From Candidatus Latescibacterota bacterium (GTDB lineage: Bacteria; Latescibacterota; UBA2968; UBA8231): a stretch of 64,000 nucleotides of DNA. The stretch's first letter is position 1, and each line of letters begins with the position of its first letter. The stretch lies in NCBI GenBank assembly GCA_965215195.1, contig CBDCDC010000002.1, positions 2,688,001 to 2,752,000 of the forward strand, written 5' to 3'. The translations under genes were made by a program, and so were the position numbers. A model generated the notes under the pieces. That model made no database searches and was not told where the DNA came from. It saw only the letters and a list, made by a program, of their open reading frames with translations. Below are positions 8,629 through 17,044 of the stretch, in pieces.

Positions 8629-9879
8629 ATGAGTTCTTGTGCTGTTAAAGACGTCGTGCGCACCGTGCTACACGTGCCGTTCCACGCACGCTGCGCCGAC
8701 GCCATGGAAGTCTACGGGCCGGGTTGGTCCATCGTCGAGCTGATCGAAGTAGAGACCGAGGGCGGCGTTGTCGGCATTGGCGAGACGATTCAGGGATATA
8801 CGTGGGGCCACTCGCGCCAAGCGCAGTTTGCCCGCGTGCGCGGTCGGAATGTTTTCGAGGTGCTGTGGGACGACTCGCTGGGGGCCGGCTTGCAGATGGC
8901 GCTTTTCGACGCGGCCGGCAAGCACCTAGGCGTACCCTGCCACCGGCTGATGGGGCCGCAGCACCGCGACGCCTGTCCGGTTTCTTGGTGGGCGCAAAGT
9001 ATGCCACCCGCAGCGTGGGCGGCCGAGGCTCGGACGGCCGAGGCGCATGGTTTTACCACCATGAAGGTCAAGGCGCGGCCTTGGTACGATATTGCGGCGC
9101 AGTTGCAGGCCGTGGACGAGGCCACCTCTCAGCACTTCAAGTTAGATGCCGACTTCAACACCATGTTGCTGGGGGTTGACCAAGCCGCCCCGCTCATCGC
9201 GCGCTTAGAGCGAGACAACGCCTGTCTCGCCATCGTTGAGTCGCCGATTCCGCAGGACGACGTGGAGGGCAACAAGCTCCTGCGGCGCAAGATCCAATCT
9301 CCAATCGCCATGCACATAGGCCAGCCGCCGCCCATGACGGCGATCCGCGAGGGTGTGTGCGATGGGTTTGTCATCGGCGGCGGAGTGAGCCGCGTCTTGA
9401 GCGACGGCAACTTGGCCGCGCGGGCGCACCTGCCGTTCTGGTTGCAGATGGTGGGCACTGGCCTGACCGCGACCTTTGCGGCGCACTTGGGGGCGGTGCT
9501 AAAGCAAGCGCGCTGGCCGGCGATTCCCTGCGTCAACATCTATTCGCACGTTTTGGTGCAGGAGTTCGCCGTGGAGGGGGGGCATCTGCGGGTGCCGGAG
9601 GCACCGGGCTTGGGGGTTGAGTTGGACCGGGAGGCCGTGGAGCGCCTGCGCGTCGAGCCGGACTTTGCAAAAGCGCCGGTGCGCCAAATACACGCCGTGC
9701 GCTGGCCCGACGGTCGGGTCCTCTGGGCTGCCGACGGCAGCTACCGCAGCGATTTCACTGCTGGCAAGCGAACCGGGTTCTTGCCGGGGATGCAGCTAGA
9801 GGTGCGGCTCGACGACGGCAGCGAAGAATTTGATCGAGAGTACCGGGAGCGGTTTCCGGGGCGAGCGAAGAGACGCTGA
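8629..9879 (+). CDS. Mandelate racemase/muconate lactonizing enzyme family protein
   Basis: ETEGGVVGIGE, KVK, D.N, ESP and PEAPGLGVELD motifs. Confidence 0.88.
   Translation: MSSCAVKDVVRTVLHVPFHARCADAMEVYGPGWSIVELIEVETEGGVVGIGETIQGYTWGHSRQAQFARVRGRNVFEVLWDDSLGAGLQMALFDAAGKHLGVPCHRLMGPQHRDACPVSWWAQSMPPAAWAAEARTAEAHGFTTMKVKARPWYDIAAQLQAVDEATSQHFKLDADFNTMLLGVDQAAPLIARLERDNACLAIVESPIPQDDVEGNKLLRRKIQSPIAMHIGQPPPMTAIREGVCDGFVIGGGVSRVLSDGNLAARAHLPFWLQMVGTGLTATFAAHLGAVLKQARWPAIPCVNIYSHVLVQEFAVEGGHLRVPEAPGLGVELDREAVERLRVEPDFAKAPVRQIHAVRWPDGRVLWAADGSYRSDFTAGKRTGFLPGMQLEVRLDDGSEEFDREYRERFPGRAKRR
9733..9878 (+). repeat. 146-bp direct repeat, copy 1 (3' end of racemase gene)
   Basis: Matches 10996-11141 with 3 mismatches. 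Confidence 0.95.
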
Positions 9880-9920
9880 GACGATTCGATGAATGGACTA
9901 CTGTGACGTTGATGGAGGCC

Positions 9921-10298
9921 TCAACTCGTGTATTGACGCAACCATATTTTGACTGAGCGACTCGTTTCGGGCGAGCGGCTCAGTGCGGCTCTTATATGAG
10001 ACAGATCGTCTCGGGAAAGACTGCCTGCTTCCTTGATCTGCCGGAGTACCATGCGGTCAATTAATTTTTTTACAGGTGCAATGCGGGTATCGTGGATAAA
10101 ATGGGTGCGGTTCGTAGAAGGCAAGCAGGTCGGCTCTATAATGACTACATCCTCACCCTCGTCGTCTTCATAGAGCGGGTGCAATAGTGCCACCAGTACC
10201 TCCTGAGCACGAGAAGGATCGGTCAGAATTAGGAACAGCCGAAAAGGCTGTGCGGTCATGCGAAGGATCGAGCCAGCCTTCAACACTATGAAAGCCAC
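9921..10298 (-). CDS. Putative toxin, possibly PemK/MazF-like fold, partner of Panacea antitoxin
   Basis: 125 aa; overlaps the Panacea gene end; LFLILTDP..VLVALL strand pattern; fold assignment is inference. Confidence 0.55.
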   Translation of the reverse strand: MAFIVLKAGSILRMTAQPFRLFLILTDPSRAQEVLVALLHPLYEDDEGEDVVIIEPTCLPSTNRTHFIHDTRIAPVKKLIDRMVLRQIKEAGSLSRDDLSHIRAALSRSPETSRSVKIWLRQYTS

Positions 10299-10858
10299 TC
10301 GTCGAGTTGGTTGCTCACCTTTACGCGCGCTACGACTTCCTGTATATAATCGTCCTCTTTTCCCAAGGCCGTGAGAATGTCCTCTAGGGGCAACGGCCGA
10401 CTAGCCGGCCCCACAGGATCGGCACCGGGGTCTTGCCATTCGGGAAGATGATCGTGGGTATACTGGACCAATTCTTGCCAAGGCCAACTGCCAAAATGTG
10501 CTACCACCTCTTGAGCGATGCCGATCTCGTTTTCCGACATTGCCTCAATCGTCAGGGGATCTTGTACCAGTTCTATATGATAGGTCCCCTTTCGGCGAAT
10601 ATGGCTCTGCCAGACTGATTCACGCTCCGGCCACGGTGGCTCTCGAATAAGGTCATAGGTTCGGCTTAAAACGGGACCATGAGCCATCGACACATAGACA
10701 TCGGTAGAAATCGGCCATCCTCGCTCGTTTAGTGCCGCGCGGTCCACCAAGTACATTAGCTTTATGAGCTTGATATACTCCATCGAACCGCCGGCCTCGC
10801 GCAACAACACAACGGCCAGTTCGGTGACCTTTCGGAGATTAAAGCGCAAGTTTTCCAT
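10286..10858 (-). CDS. Panacea (DUF4065/SocA-like) antitoxin
   Basis: IKLIKLMYLVD, MAHGPVLS and LVQYTH..LPEW motifs. Confidence 0.88.
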   Translation of the reverse strand: MENLRFNLRKVTELAVVLLREAGGSMEYIKLIKLMYLVDRAALNERGWPISTDVYVSMAHGPVLSRTYDLIREPPWPERESVWQSHIRRKGTYHIELVQDPLTIEAMSENEIGIAQEVVAHFGSWPWQELVQYTHDHLPEWQDPGADPVGPASRPLPLEDILTALGKEDDYIQEVVARVKVSNQLDEWLS

Positions 10859-10995
10859 AGGGCATCTTTAGGAAAAGGGTATATCTAGTTAGGTACCAAT
10901 AAACGAAAACCGTGTCAATTCTAAAAGGCTGCCTCATGCGGCCAGCCCATTGGGCCGATGCGGATCAGACCCAAACGGACGGAGCATGTGGGCCT

Positions 10996-11172
10996 GACGG
11001 CAGTTACCGCAGCGATTTCACTGCTGGCAAGCGAACCGGGTTCTTACCGGGGATGCAGCTAGAGGTGCGGCTCGACGATGGCAGCGAAGAATTTGATCGA
11101 GAGTACCGGGAGCGGTTTCCGGGGCGAGCGAAGAGACGCTGCGAGTTGGAAGGTTCCCATGCGACGAACTGA
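10996..11172 (+). pseudogene. Displaced 3' end of racemase gene (repeat copy 2 plus in-frame tail CELEGSHATN*)
   Basis: 146-bp match to 9733-9878; followed by a terminator. Confidence 0.85.
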
Positions 11173-11214
11173 CTGTGTTTTGAGGTGCCGTCACGCAACT
11201 TTAGCTAAAAGAGG

Positions 11215-11251
11215 AAGCGGCCCGTGTCGAGAGACATTGGCCGCTTTTTTT
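11215..11251 (+). terminator. Intrinsic terminator
   Basis: AAGCGGCC..TGTC-GAGA-GACA..GGCCGC followed by T7. Confidence 0.75.
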
Positions 11252-11292
11252 GTGCTGTTGGCCTTGCGGAAACGCTGCTGAATAATACCCCC

Positions 11293-11370
11293 TCACTTGA
11301 GCACGGCGACGGCCACGCCCATGGCTGTGATGAGGATGCTGGTGCAAGCGATGAGCATGGCCATCAGCCG
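11293..11370 (-). pseudogene. Separated 3' (membrane-anchor) end of the coiled-coil gene starting at 13685
   Basis: Translates RLMAMLIACTSILITAMGVAVAVLK*; joins in frame to ...DSRYARL through shared CAGCCG; resembles the C-terminus of paralog 57494-58228. Confidence 0.8.
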
Positions 11371-11483
11371 GGGTTCTGGGGGTAGTCGCCTATGTTACCG
11401 TGGAGGATGAACACGGTCGCCTGCTGGGTACGCAGCATGCCGCAGACGGTCTCGTCATACCACGACAGGGGGCGGAGGCTCAT
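11364..11483 (-). pseudogene. Truncated gene start at the insert edge (possibly AAA ATPase N-terminus)
   Basis: MSLRPLSWYDETVCGMLRTQQATVFILHGNIGDYPQNPG*; ATGA overlap with the upstream ORF; stop formed at the junction. Confidence 0.4.
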
Positions 11484-11716
11484 CCGAACGACTCCTCGCC
11501 TAGGATGACCGCAGAAACAGACAGCTGGTCCTGGGTCTCTTCGTCGTCGGCGTTGTAGGGGAGAAAGAGGTCGGGGGTGTTGGGGTCGGCTTGGACATCG
11601 GTGGCCACGACGCTGCCCGCGTACAGCCGCCAGTAGCCCACCGAGCTGTCGGTCAGCACGAGGGCCTCGGGCTCACAGTGGGACGTGAGGAGGTCACACA
11701 GTTCCTTGACCGTCAT
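11480..11716 (-). CDS. Small acidic hypothetical protein (phage/ICE-like)
   Basis: GAAAGGAG RBS before MTVKELCDLL; 78 aa. Confidence 0.55.
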   Translation of the reverse strand: MTVKELCDLLTSHCEPEALVLTDSSVGYWRLYAGSVVATDVQADPNTPDLFLPYNADDEETQDQLSVSAVILGEESFG

Positions 11717-11765
11717 AGGGTCTCCTTTCGGGGGATAGGGAAGGGAACGTATAGACTTAGCCCCA

Positions 11766-12479
11766 CTAAATGAGGCGTTCTTTTTTGCGATAGAGGCGGC
11801 AAATGTCATTCGGGGCCACCCTGAACTTCGTGCCGTGATTGCGTAGGCCCTGGCTGTCTGGCTTGGATTCCCGTGCATCGAAGTCTATGCACACAGACCC
11901 CGCGACCAGATCAAAGACGAAGAACGAAATCTGCAAGTCCTCAAAGCAATCAATCCGGTCAAAGGTTACAGTCCGTCCCTTTTTGGAACCCTGCACCAAC
12001 ACCAAGCGGCGCAATTTCGCTCCGGCCGCACTGAGAATATCGTCTTGCGCCCAATAGGGGATTGATCCGTTGCCGCCAATGGGACGGACAAAAATCTGGT
12101 TGGCGTCGGAGTCCACCCGAAAGCGGTCTGATTTACCTCGAATCGTATGACGAAAACTGCGCCGTCCGTGCTGGTCCTTCTGCCCAAATCGCCTGACCAT
12201 GTAGCGCATAATCCCCGCAGGCTTTGGCTCCTTGTGGAACAGCGTTACTAGGTGCGTCTGGGGCGTGTAGTACTTCAACTCCCAACCGAGGCTATCGGGT
12301 ATATCCGCGTTGCCAGCGGTCAACCCAAGTAGGTCCTCTAAGAAGTTGCCGGGGGCCCCTGTGCCATTGTAGCGCGACTGGTGGGGCATTTCATGGGGAG
12401 ATTGCTGGACCACATTGACGAGGCGTTCAAACAGTTCCTTACCCGTCTTAGGTGGGGCTGGTCTGAACTGTACCGTCAT
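11766..12479 (-). CDS. MvaI/BcnI family restriction endonuclease
   Basis: GNFLEDLLGL...IPD...WELK, TLFHKEP, RNHGTKFR; adjacent to an MTase. Confidence 0.85.
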   Translation of the reverse strand: MTVQFRPAPPKTGKELFERLVNVVQQSPHEMPHQSRYNGTGAPGNFLEDLLGLTAGNADIPDSLGWELKYYTPQTHLVTLFHKEPKPAGIMRYMVRRFGQKDQHGRRSFRHTIRGKSDRFRVDSDANQIFVRPIGGNGSIPYWAQDDILSAAGAKLRRLVLVQGSKKGRTVTFDRIDCFEDLQISFFVFDLVAGSVCIDFDARESKPDSQGLRNHGTKFRVAPNDICRLYRKKERLI

Positions 12480-13326
12480 GGCGAAGGAGCTTCCTCTGTG
12501 CTTGGATGCGTTCCCGAGCAAGTTGACAATAATCCTCTGACAACTCAAAGCCTATCCATTGGCGCTTACAGCCTTCCGCTGCAAGGGCCGTAGAACCAGA
12601 CCCCATAAAGGGATCGAGGACCACGGGCGCGTCGGTGGCCTGAATACAGCGTTGGGGCAACGCTACGGGGAAGGGAGCCGGGTGGGGATTGTTACTCTCT
12701 TGGGGGATTTTCCACACATCGCCTACGGCGTTGGCTTTATCAGCAAGGCGGAACTCTTTTTTGCAGATTAGATAAATCACTTCATAGCAGGGGAGGAAGT
12801 ACCCCTTGTTGAAGTTAATACCGCCTGCTCGCTGCCAAATGATAATCTGGCGTACAGGAAAGCCCTTGACTATATCCGCTCGATCTTGGAGCAAGCCATT
12901 TTGAACACGCCATTTGTGATTGTAGAAGATGCAACCGTCATTGCGAAGAACACGCATCATCGCTCGCAGACACTGGCGTTGCCATTTGACATACGCATCG
13001 TGCGGCATGTTGTCGCCGTGATCGGCATAGCCCTTGATAAGCTCCGCCTTTTCCCACTTGCCGCCTCGTCCGTCTTTCATGCCGTTACCGGACGAGTTGC
13101 GGAGGTTGTACGGAGGACTAGTAACGATTACGCTAATGGATTCTTTGGGGAGCTTTTTAAGCAGCTCGACGCAATCGCCTTGATGCACTTTGCCAACCCA
13201 ATCCGCTAGCGCAGAGAGGGGGGGGATGCGATTGACGGCGGAAGAGAGTGTGCCATTGAAGGAGAGGGGAATATGTAGCTTGAGTTGCTCGCTCATGCTA
13301 TTAGCCGGTGGCTTGACGATGCTCAT
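12448..13326 (-). CDS. Beta-class N4-C/N6-A DNA methyltransferase
   Basis: VTSPPYN precedes HPAPFP and VLDPFMGSGST. Confidence 0.92.
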   Translation of the reverse strand: MSIVKPPANSMSEQLKLHIPLSFNGTLSSAVNRIPPLSALADWVGKVHQGDCVELLKKLPKESISVIVTSPPYNLRNSSGNGMKDGRGGKWEKAELIKGYADHGDNMPHDAYVKWQRQCLRAMMRVLRNDGCIFYNHKWRVQNGLLQDRADIVKGFPVRQIIIWQRAGGINFNKGYFLPCYEVIYLICKKEFRLADKANAVGDVWKIPQESNNPHPAPFPVALPQRCIQATDAPVVLDPFMGSGSTALAAEGCKRQWIGFELSEDYCQLARERIQAQRKLLRHDGTVQTSPT

Positions 13327-13439
13327 GGGGGGATCCTTTCACCCGGGTACAGGTAGTCGCCTAGGATGCGACCGACCATGAAGGCGAGGTACAGGTCGGG
13401 GGGGTCGGCGAACAGCGGCTGCTCCTCATCGGGATCATC

Positions 13440-13685
13440 CAGCCGCGCATAGCGCGAGTCGAGTTGTTTAGCTAAGTCGTCGATGCGCTCGTTCATCTCG
13501 GTGCGCAAGTCGTCCATACGCTGATTCATCTCGGTGCGCAGGCCATCAATGCGCTCGTTGGTCTGGTCGATGCGCTCATTGGTTTGGCGCAGGTCTTGGC
13601 GCAGGTCCTGAATATCCTCGCGCAGGAAGCTCAGAGCGAGGGTGGACTCTGTTGGCTGGACGGGTTTGGGTGCTTGCTCGGCCAT
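13440..13685 (-). pseudogene. 5' part of a coiled-coil membrane-anchored protein gene, interrupted by the R-M insert
   Basis: GGAGG RBS; LSFLREDIQDLR shared with paralog (ISYLREDIQDLR); reads on into insert sequence to 13323. Confidence 0.8.
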
Positions 13686-13728
13686 GAGAAGTTCCTCCAT
13701 TGATGAATGTAAGTGCTAGCCTCCTACA

Positions 13729-13744
13729 TGCAAAAAGCAGGCCA
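13729..13744 (-). promoter_or_regulatory. sigma54 (-24/-12) promoter
   Basis: TGGCCT-GCTTT-TTGCA about 44 bp upstream of the ATG. Confidence 0.65.
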
Positions 13745-13846
13745 TGCTTGGGCAGCCGCCCGTTCCCTCTGGTAGCGGTATGTGCTGTATGCGCCGTACT
13801 GTTACCTCGTAGAAACAACGCTGTTCCTCAGAGGCAACAGCACCCC

Positions 13847-14386
13847 TCACTTGACCAATGCGGCAATTTGCTTGAACTCGGCCGTCCCCGCCTCTTGCAG
13901 CAATTCAAATAGACACATTTCCACCCCTGTGATCTGCGCACCCGCAGCCGCCATTTTTTGTAGCCCCAGCGCCTTGTTCTCGGCGGTGCGCGAGGAGATG
14001 GCGTCGGCGACGACTTCGACTTGATAGCCGGAGTCCAGCAAATCGCGGGCAGTCTGATAGACGCAGATGTGGCTTTCGATCCCGGCCAAGAGGAGCTGGC
14101 GGCGGCCGCTCTGGCGCAGTTGGGTTTGGAAAGCACTGAGGCCCCAAGCGCTAAAGCAGGTTTTGACCAAGGGCTTTTGGCCGGAGAGCAGGTCGGCGAC
14201 TTCGGGAATGGTGGGGCCAAGCCCTTTGGGATACTGCTCCAGCCATAGAATGGGCAACCCCAGTACCTGCGCACCCTTGACGAGAATCTGTAGCTGGCGG
14301 TAGAGCGCCTCGCGTTCGCGCATCAGGGAGGCCAGCTTGCCCTGAATGTCGATGAGGACGAGCGCGGCGTGGTCGCGGCTGAGCAT
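13847..14386 (-). CDS. Isochorismatase-family hydrolase
   Basis: LVLIDIQ, EQYPKGLGPT, KTCFS, GIESHICVYQT; TAATG overlap with the upstream gene. Confidence 0.92.
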   Translation of the reverse strand: MLSRDHAALVLIDIQGKLASLMREREALYRQLQILVKGAQVLGLPILWLEQYPKGLGPTIPEVADLLSGQKPLVKTCFSAWGLSAFQTQLRQSGRRQLLLAGIESHICVYQTARDLLDSGYQVEVVADAISSRTAENKALGLQKMAAAGAQITGVEMCLFELLQEAGTAEFKQIAALVK

Positions 14387-15531
14387 TAGATGTACCCGGT
14401 TGAGCCGTCGGGGCGCGTCGGGCTGGAGCGTTCCCAATGGATGTATTCGTTGTCGCGGATGGCGTCCTCATTCACCTCGACGCCTAGCCCCGGCCGGTCT
14501 GGTCGCAGCTCTAAGTAGCCGTCTTTGGGCAGGTAGGGTTCGTCAACCCAGTCGTTCCACTCGGACTCGGTCGGCAGGAGGTATTCGAGAATTTTGAAGT
14601 TCGGTGCCGAGGCGCAGAAGTGCAGGTTGACCGCAGTCGCCAACGGCCCCATGGGGTTGTGCGGAGCGATGCTGATGTAGTGAGCTTCGGCAATGGCGTT
14701 GATCTTGCGCATTTCGAGCAGGCCGCCGCAGACGCAGATGTCGGGTTGGATGATGTCGGCCCCTTGGTTGGCGATTAGGTTGAGGAACTCAAAGCGGGCG
14801 TAGAGGCTCTCGCCGGTGGCCAATGGCACCTGCATTTGCGACTTGAGGCTGGTCCACGCCGGAATGTGCTCGGGGCGTAGCGGCTCTTCGTAGAAAAAGG
14901 GGTCGTACGGTGCGAGGGCGTTGGCTAGCTGCAAGGCGCGAATCGGCTCGAAGATCTTGGCGTGTGGGTCGAAGGCAAACTCCCAGTCGTCCGGGCAGTT
15001 GACGCGCAACTCTTCAAAGTACTGGGTCGCTTCCGTGCAGACCCGGCCCCAGCGATGGGCGTCTGGGTCGAACCGATAGGGGCTGGTTTTGAAGGCGGTG
15101 AAGCCATACTCCTCGTTCAGACGCCGCGCTTGGTCGGCGGCTTCTTGGCCGTCGCGGCCGCCAATCCCGCGGTACACGCGCACTCGATCGCGGGCGTGGC
15201 CGCCCAAGAGCTGATAGACCGGGACGCCCGCGGCTTTGCCGGAGATGTCCCACAGCGCGTGGTCAATGCCGGAGATGGCCGACAGGCCGATCCCGCCCGG
15301 TGGAAAGCGAAACTGCTGGTGCAGTTTCATCGTGATGAACTCGATCCGCCGAGGGTCAATGCCCTTGATTAGCTCGAAGCAATAATCAACGGTTGGGCCG
15401 ACAGCTAGGTCGGGGCCGATGGAGTAGGTCTCGCCCCAGCCGGTGATGCCCTCGTCGGTCTCGACCTTGACCAAGACGCGGGGGCGGTTGCCGAAGCGGG
15501 CGACGATGGGGGTGATGGCGGTAATTTTCAC
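14386..15531 (-). CDS. Galactonate dehydratase-like enolase-superfamily protein
   Basis: GTG start VKITAI; VETDEGITGWGE, EEP, ATGE, QPD, APHNPMGP. Confidence 0.9.
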   Translation of the reverse strand: MKITAITPIVARFGNRPRVLVKVETDEGITGWGETYSIGPDLAVGPTVDYCFELIKGIDPRRIEFITMKLHQQFRFPPGGIGLSAISGIDHALWDISGKAAGVPVYQLLGGHARDRVRVYRGIGGRDGQEAADQARRLNEEYGFTAFKTSPYRFDPDAHRWGRVCTEATQYFEELRVNCPDDWEFAFDPHAKIFEPIRALQLANALAPYDPFFYEEPLRPEHIPAWTSLKSQMQVPLATGESLYARFEFLNLIANQGADIIQPDICVCGGLLEMRKINAIAEAHYISIAPHNPMGPLATAVNLHFCASAPNFKILEYLLPTESEWNDWVDEPYLPKDGYLELRPDRPGLGVEVNEDAIRDNEYIHWERSSPTRPDGSTGYI

Positions 15532-15542
15532 GGCAAGCCTCG

Positions 15543-16916
15543 CTATTGGAAGAAGAGGGGATAAGGAGCGTTTTCTGCTTCGCGTTTGATCAGACTCATC
15601 AGCTCCATTGCGTGGTAGTCGCCCCACATGGCCGCCTCGCCGCAGGGAATTTTGCGGCCTTGGGGCACGTAGTCCCAGCCGTTGGGGCGATGGTAGATCG
15701 CGTGGAGGGTGATGCCTTGGTGTTGGGGGTCGACGGCGAGATACGGCTCCTCTAGGAGGGCGCGGGCCATGGTGAAGGCCGCAGCGCGATAGCGCGTTCC
15801 TTTCGCTGCGTCTCCCTTGGACAAATAGTAGTTGCCCAAGCGCAAATACCCTTGGCCGCAGACGGCCGCAGCCGAGCTGTCGAGCGGCTCGACGTCGTTG
15901 TACGGATCGGAGGGCTGGTCGGTTATCGCGCCAAAGGAAGCGACCCCGGGTGCGCCGGTGTCCCAAAACGGTACGCCGTCGGCAAAGCTGTTGGCGATGT
16001 GGAATTCAGCGGTGGCTAAGGCGGCTTTTTCCATGGTTTGCACGAGGTCGGCCTTGGCACCGAAAGGCTCGACGTCGGCCTCGCTGAGCGCGGCGAAGTA
16101 CTCTAGCTGCTCGGCGTAGCCCAAAAGCACCCAAGACAGACCGCGAGTCCAAGTCGAGAACGGAGTGTAACCCTGCTGGGTGCTAGGGCAGCGGTATTGG
16201 CCGTCGCGGACGTTGAAGATGGACTCGTGTACCACGCGGCCAGGCACGTCAAACGCATCGCGCCCCTCGCCGTAGTACACGTTAAAACGGGCGTTGGTCC
16301 GGGCGTGTTCGATCAAACGGCCGAGCAGGCTGATGCGCCTGTCGCCTTCGCCCATCAGGGCGTGGCCTAGCTGGTGTGCAGCCCCTAGGATGCGCAGCGA
16401 GCGCATGGTGTCGGAAAAGAGCGAATGCGGGCCGTTGAAGGAGTGGATAAAACCCGTGCCGTACGCGGTCTCGGTCCAGCGCGCCGCTTGCACGGCCCCC
16501 GACAGCTTGATGGCCAGCTCGTACAAGTCCAACTCGCGCTGATCGTGCGGAATGCGGCCTTCGAGCATTAGGCGGCGCAAGTTGCCATAGGTGGAGAGGT
16601 TGTTGAAGCCGTGGTCGTGGACGCCGACATGCGACACATGCGGCGCCATGTGCGCGATGGTGCGGTCGCGGCCGAGCGCGAGAAAGCGCGCGTCGTCGGT
16701 CATGTCGTACTGTAGTAGGGCACAGCCGTATTGGAAGCCCTGCGTCCACTCGGTCCAGCCGCGGGTGCTGTAACGCCCCTGCTGGGTGAAGACCGGGGTG
16801 CCGCGATCCGGATCCCAGGTGTTGTCGAGATCGAGGATCTTGGTGCCGGTAAGGGCTAAAAAGCGCTGGATCGCCGGAAGGAGCTGTTGGGCGCTTAGGT
16901 CTTGGTCTGGTTTCAC
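15543..16916 (-). CDS. GH88-like unsaturated glucuronyl hydrolase
   Basis: WTQGF, HDHGF, STWTRGLSW, DSSAAA, WGDY. Confidence 0.78.
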   Translation of the reverse strand: MKPDQDLSAQQLLPAIQRFLALTGTKILDLDNTWDPDRGTPVFTQQGRYSTRGWTEWTQGFQYGCALLQYDMTDDARFLALGRDRTIAHMAPHVSHVGVHDHGFNNLSTYGNLRRLMLEGRIPHDQRELDLYELAIKLSGAVQAARWTETAYGTGFIHSFNGPHSLFSDTMRSLRILGAAHQLGHALMGEGDRRISLLGRLIEHARTNARFNVYYGEGRDAFDVPGRVVHESIFNVRDGQYRCPSTQQGYTPFSTWTRGLSWVLLGYAEQLEYFAALSEADVEPFGAKADLVQTMEKAALATAEFHIANSFADGVPFWDTGAPGVASFGAITDQPSDPYNDVEPLDSSAAAVCGQGYLRLGNYYLSKGDAAKGTRYRAAAFTMARALLEEPYLAVDPQHQGITLHAIYHRPNGWDYVPQGRKIPCGEAAMWGDYHAMELMSLIKREAENAPYPLFFQ

Positions 16917-17044
16917 GGGATGGTTCCTTTTGCTTGGGCAGCGAGAAGATAGGAGGGGCGTGGGGGTGGGTCAATGCGGATTGGTCGGGCGTTGGTCGCT
17001 TGCTTACTTTTCTCGCCACGCAGACGAGGCCAAGGAGAAATCAC

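Noticed and set aside
5113-10885. Shared AAGGGTATATCT upstream of two minus-strand genes (~5113 and ~10875)
   Set aside because: Only 12 bp and overlapping a likely -10 region; insufficient evidence for a shared regulator.
9733-11141. Gene-end duplicates as DGR template/variable repeats
   Set aside because: Mismatches are synonymous and not adenine-specific, the targets are metabolic enzymes, and no reverse transcriptase is in the window.
10912-11172. 86-aa ORF as a real gene
   Set aside because: It is the displaced racemase 3' end with a fortuitous upstream GTG.
9880-13846. Whole region as one prophage or ICE
   Set aside because: No integrase or structural genes; it resolves into two independent insertions with separate junctions.
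11288-13854. CCCCTCACTTGA shared by 11289-11300 and 13843-13854 as an att pair
   Set aside because: Both are gene ends reading ..K-TGA; the match is short and explained by similar terminal codons.
15532-15966. Long N-terminal extension of the dehydratase ORF (likewise the extensions at 28293, 47141, 24381 and 58411)
   Set aside because: They overlap neighbouring genes or promoter regions; better starts with RBS or coupling exist downstream.
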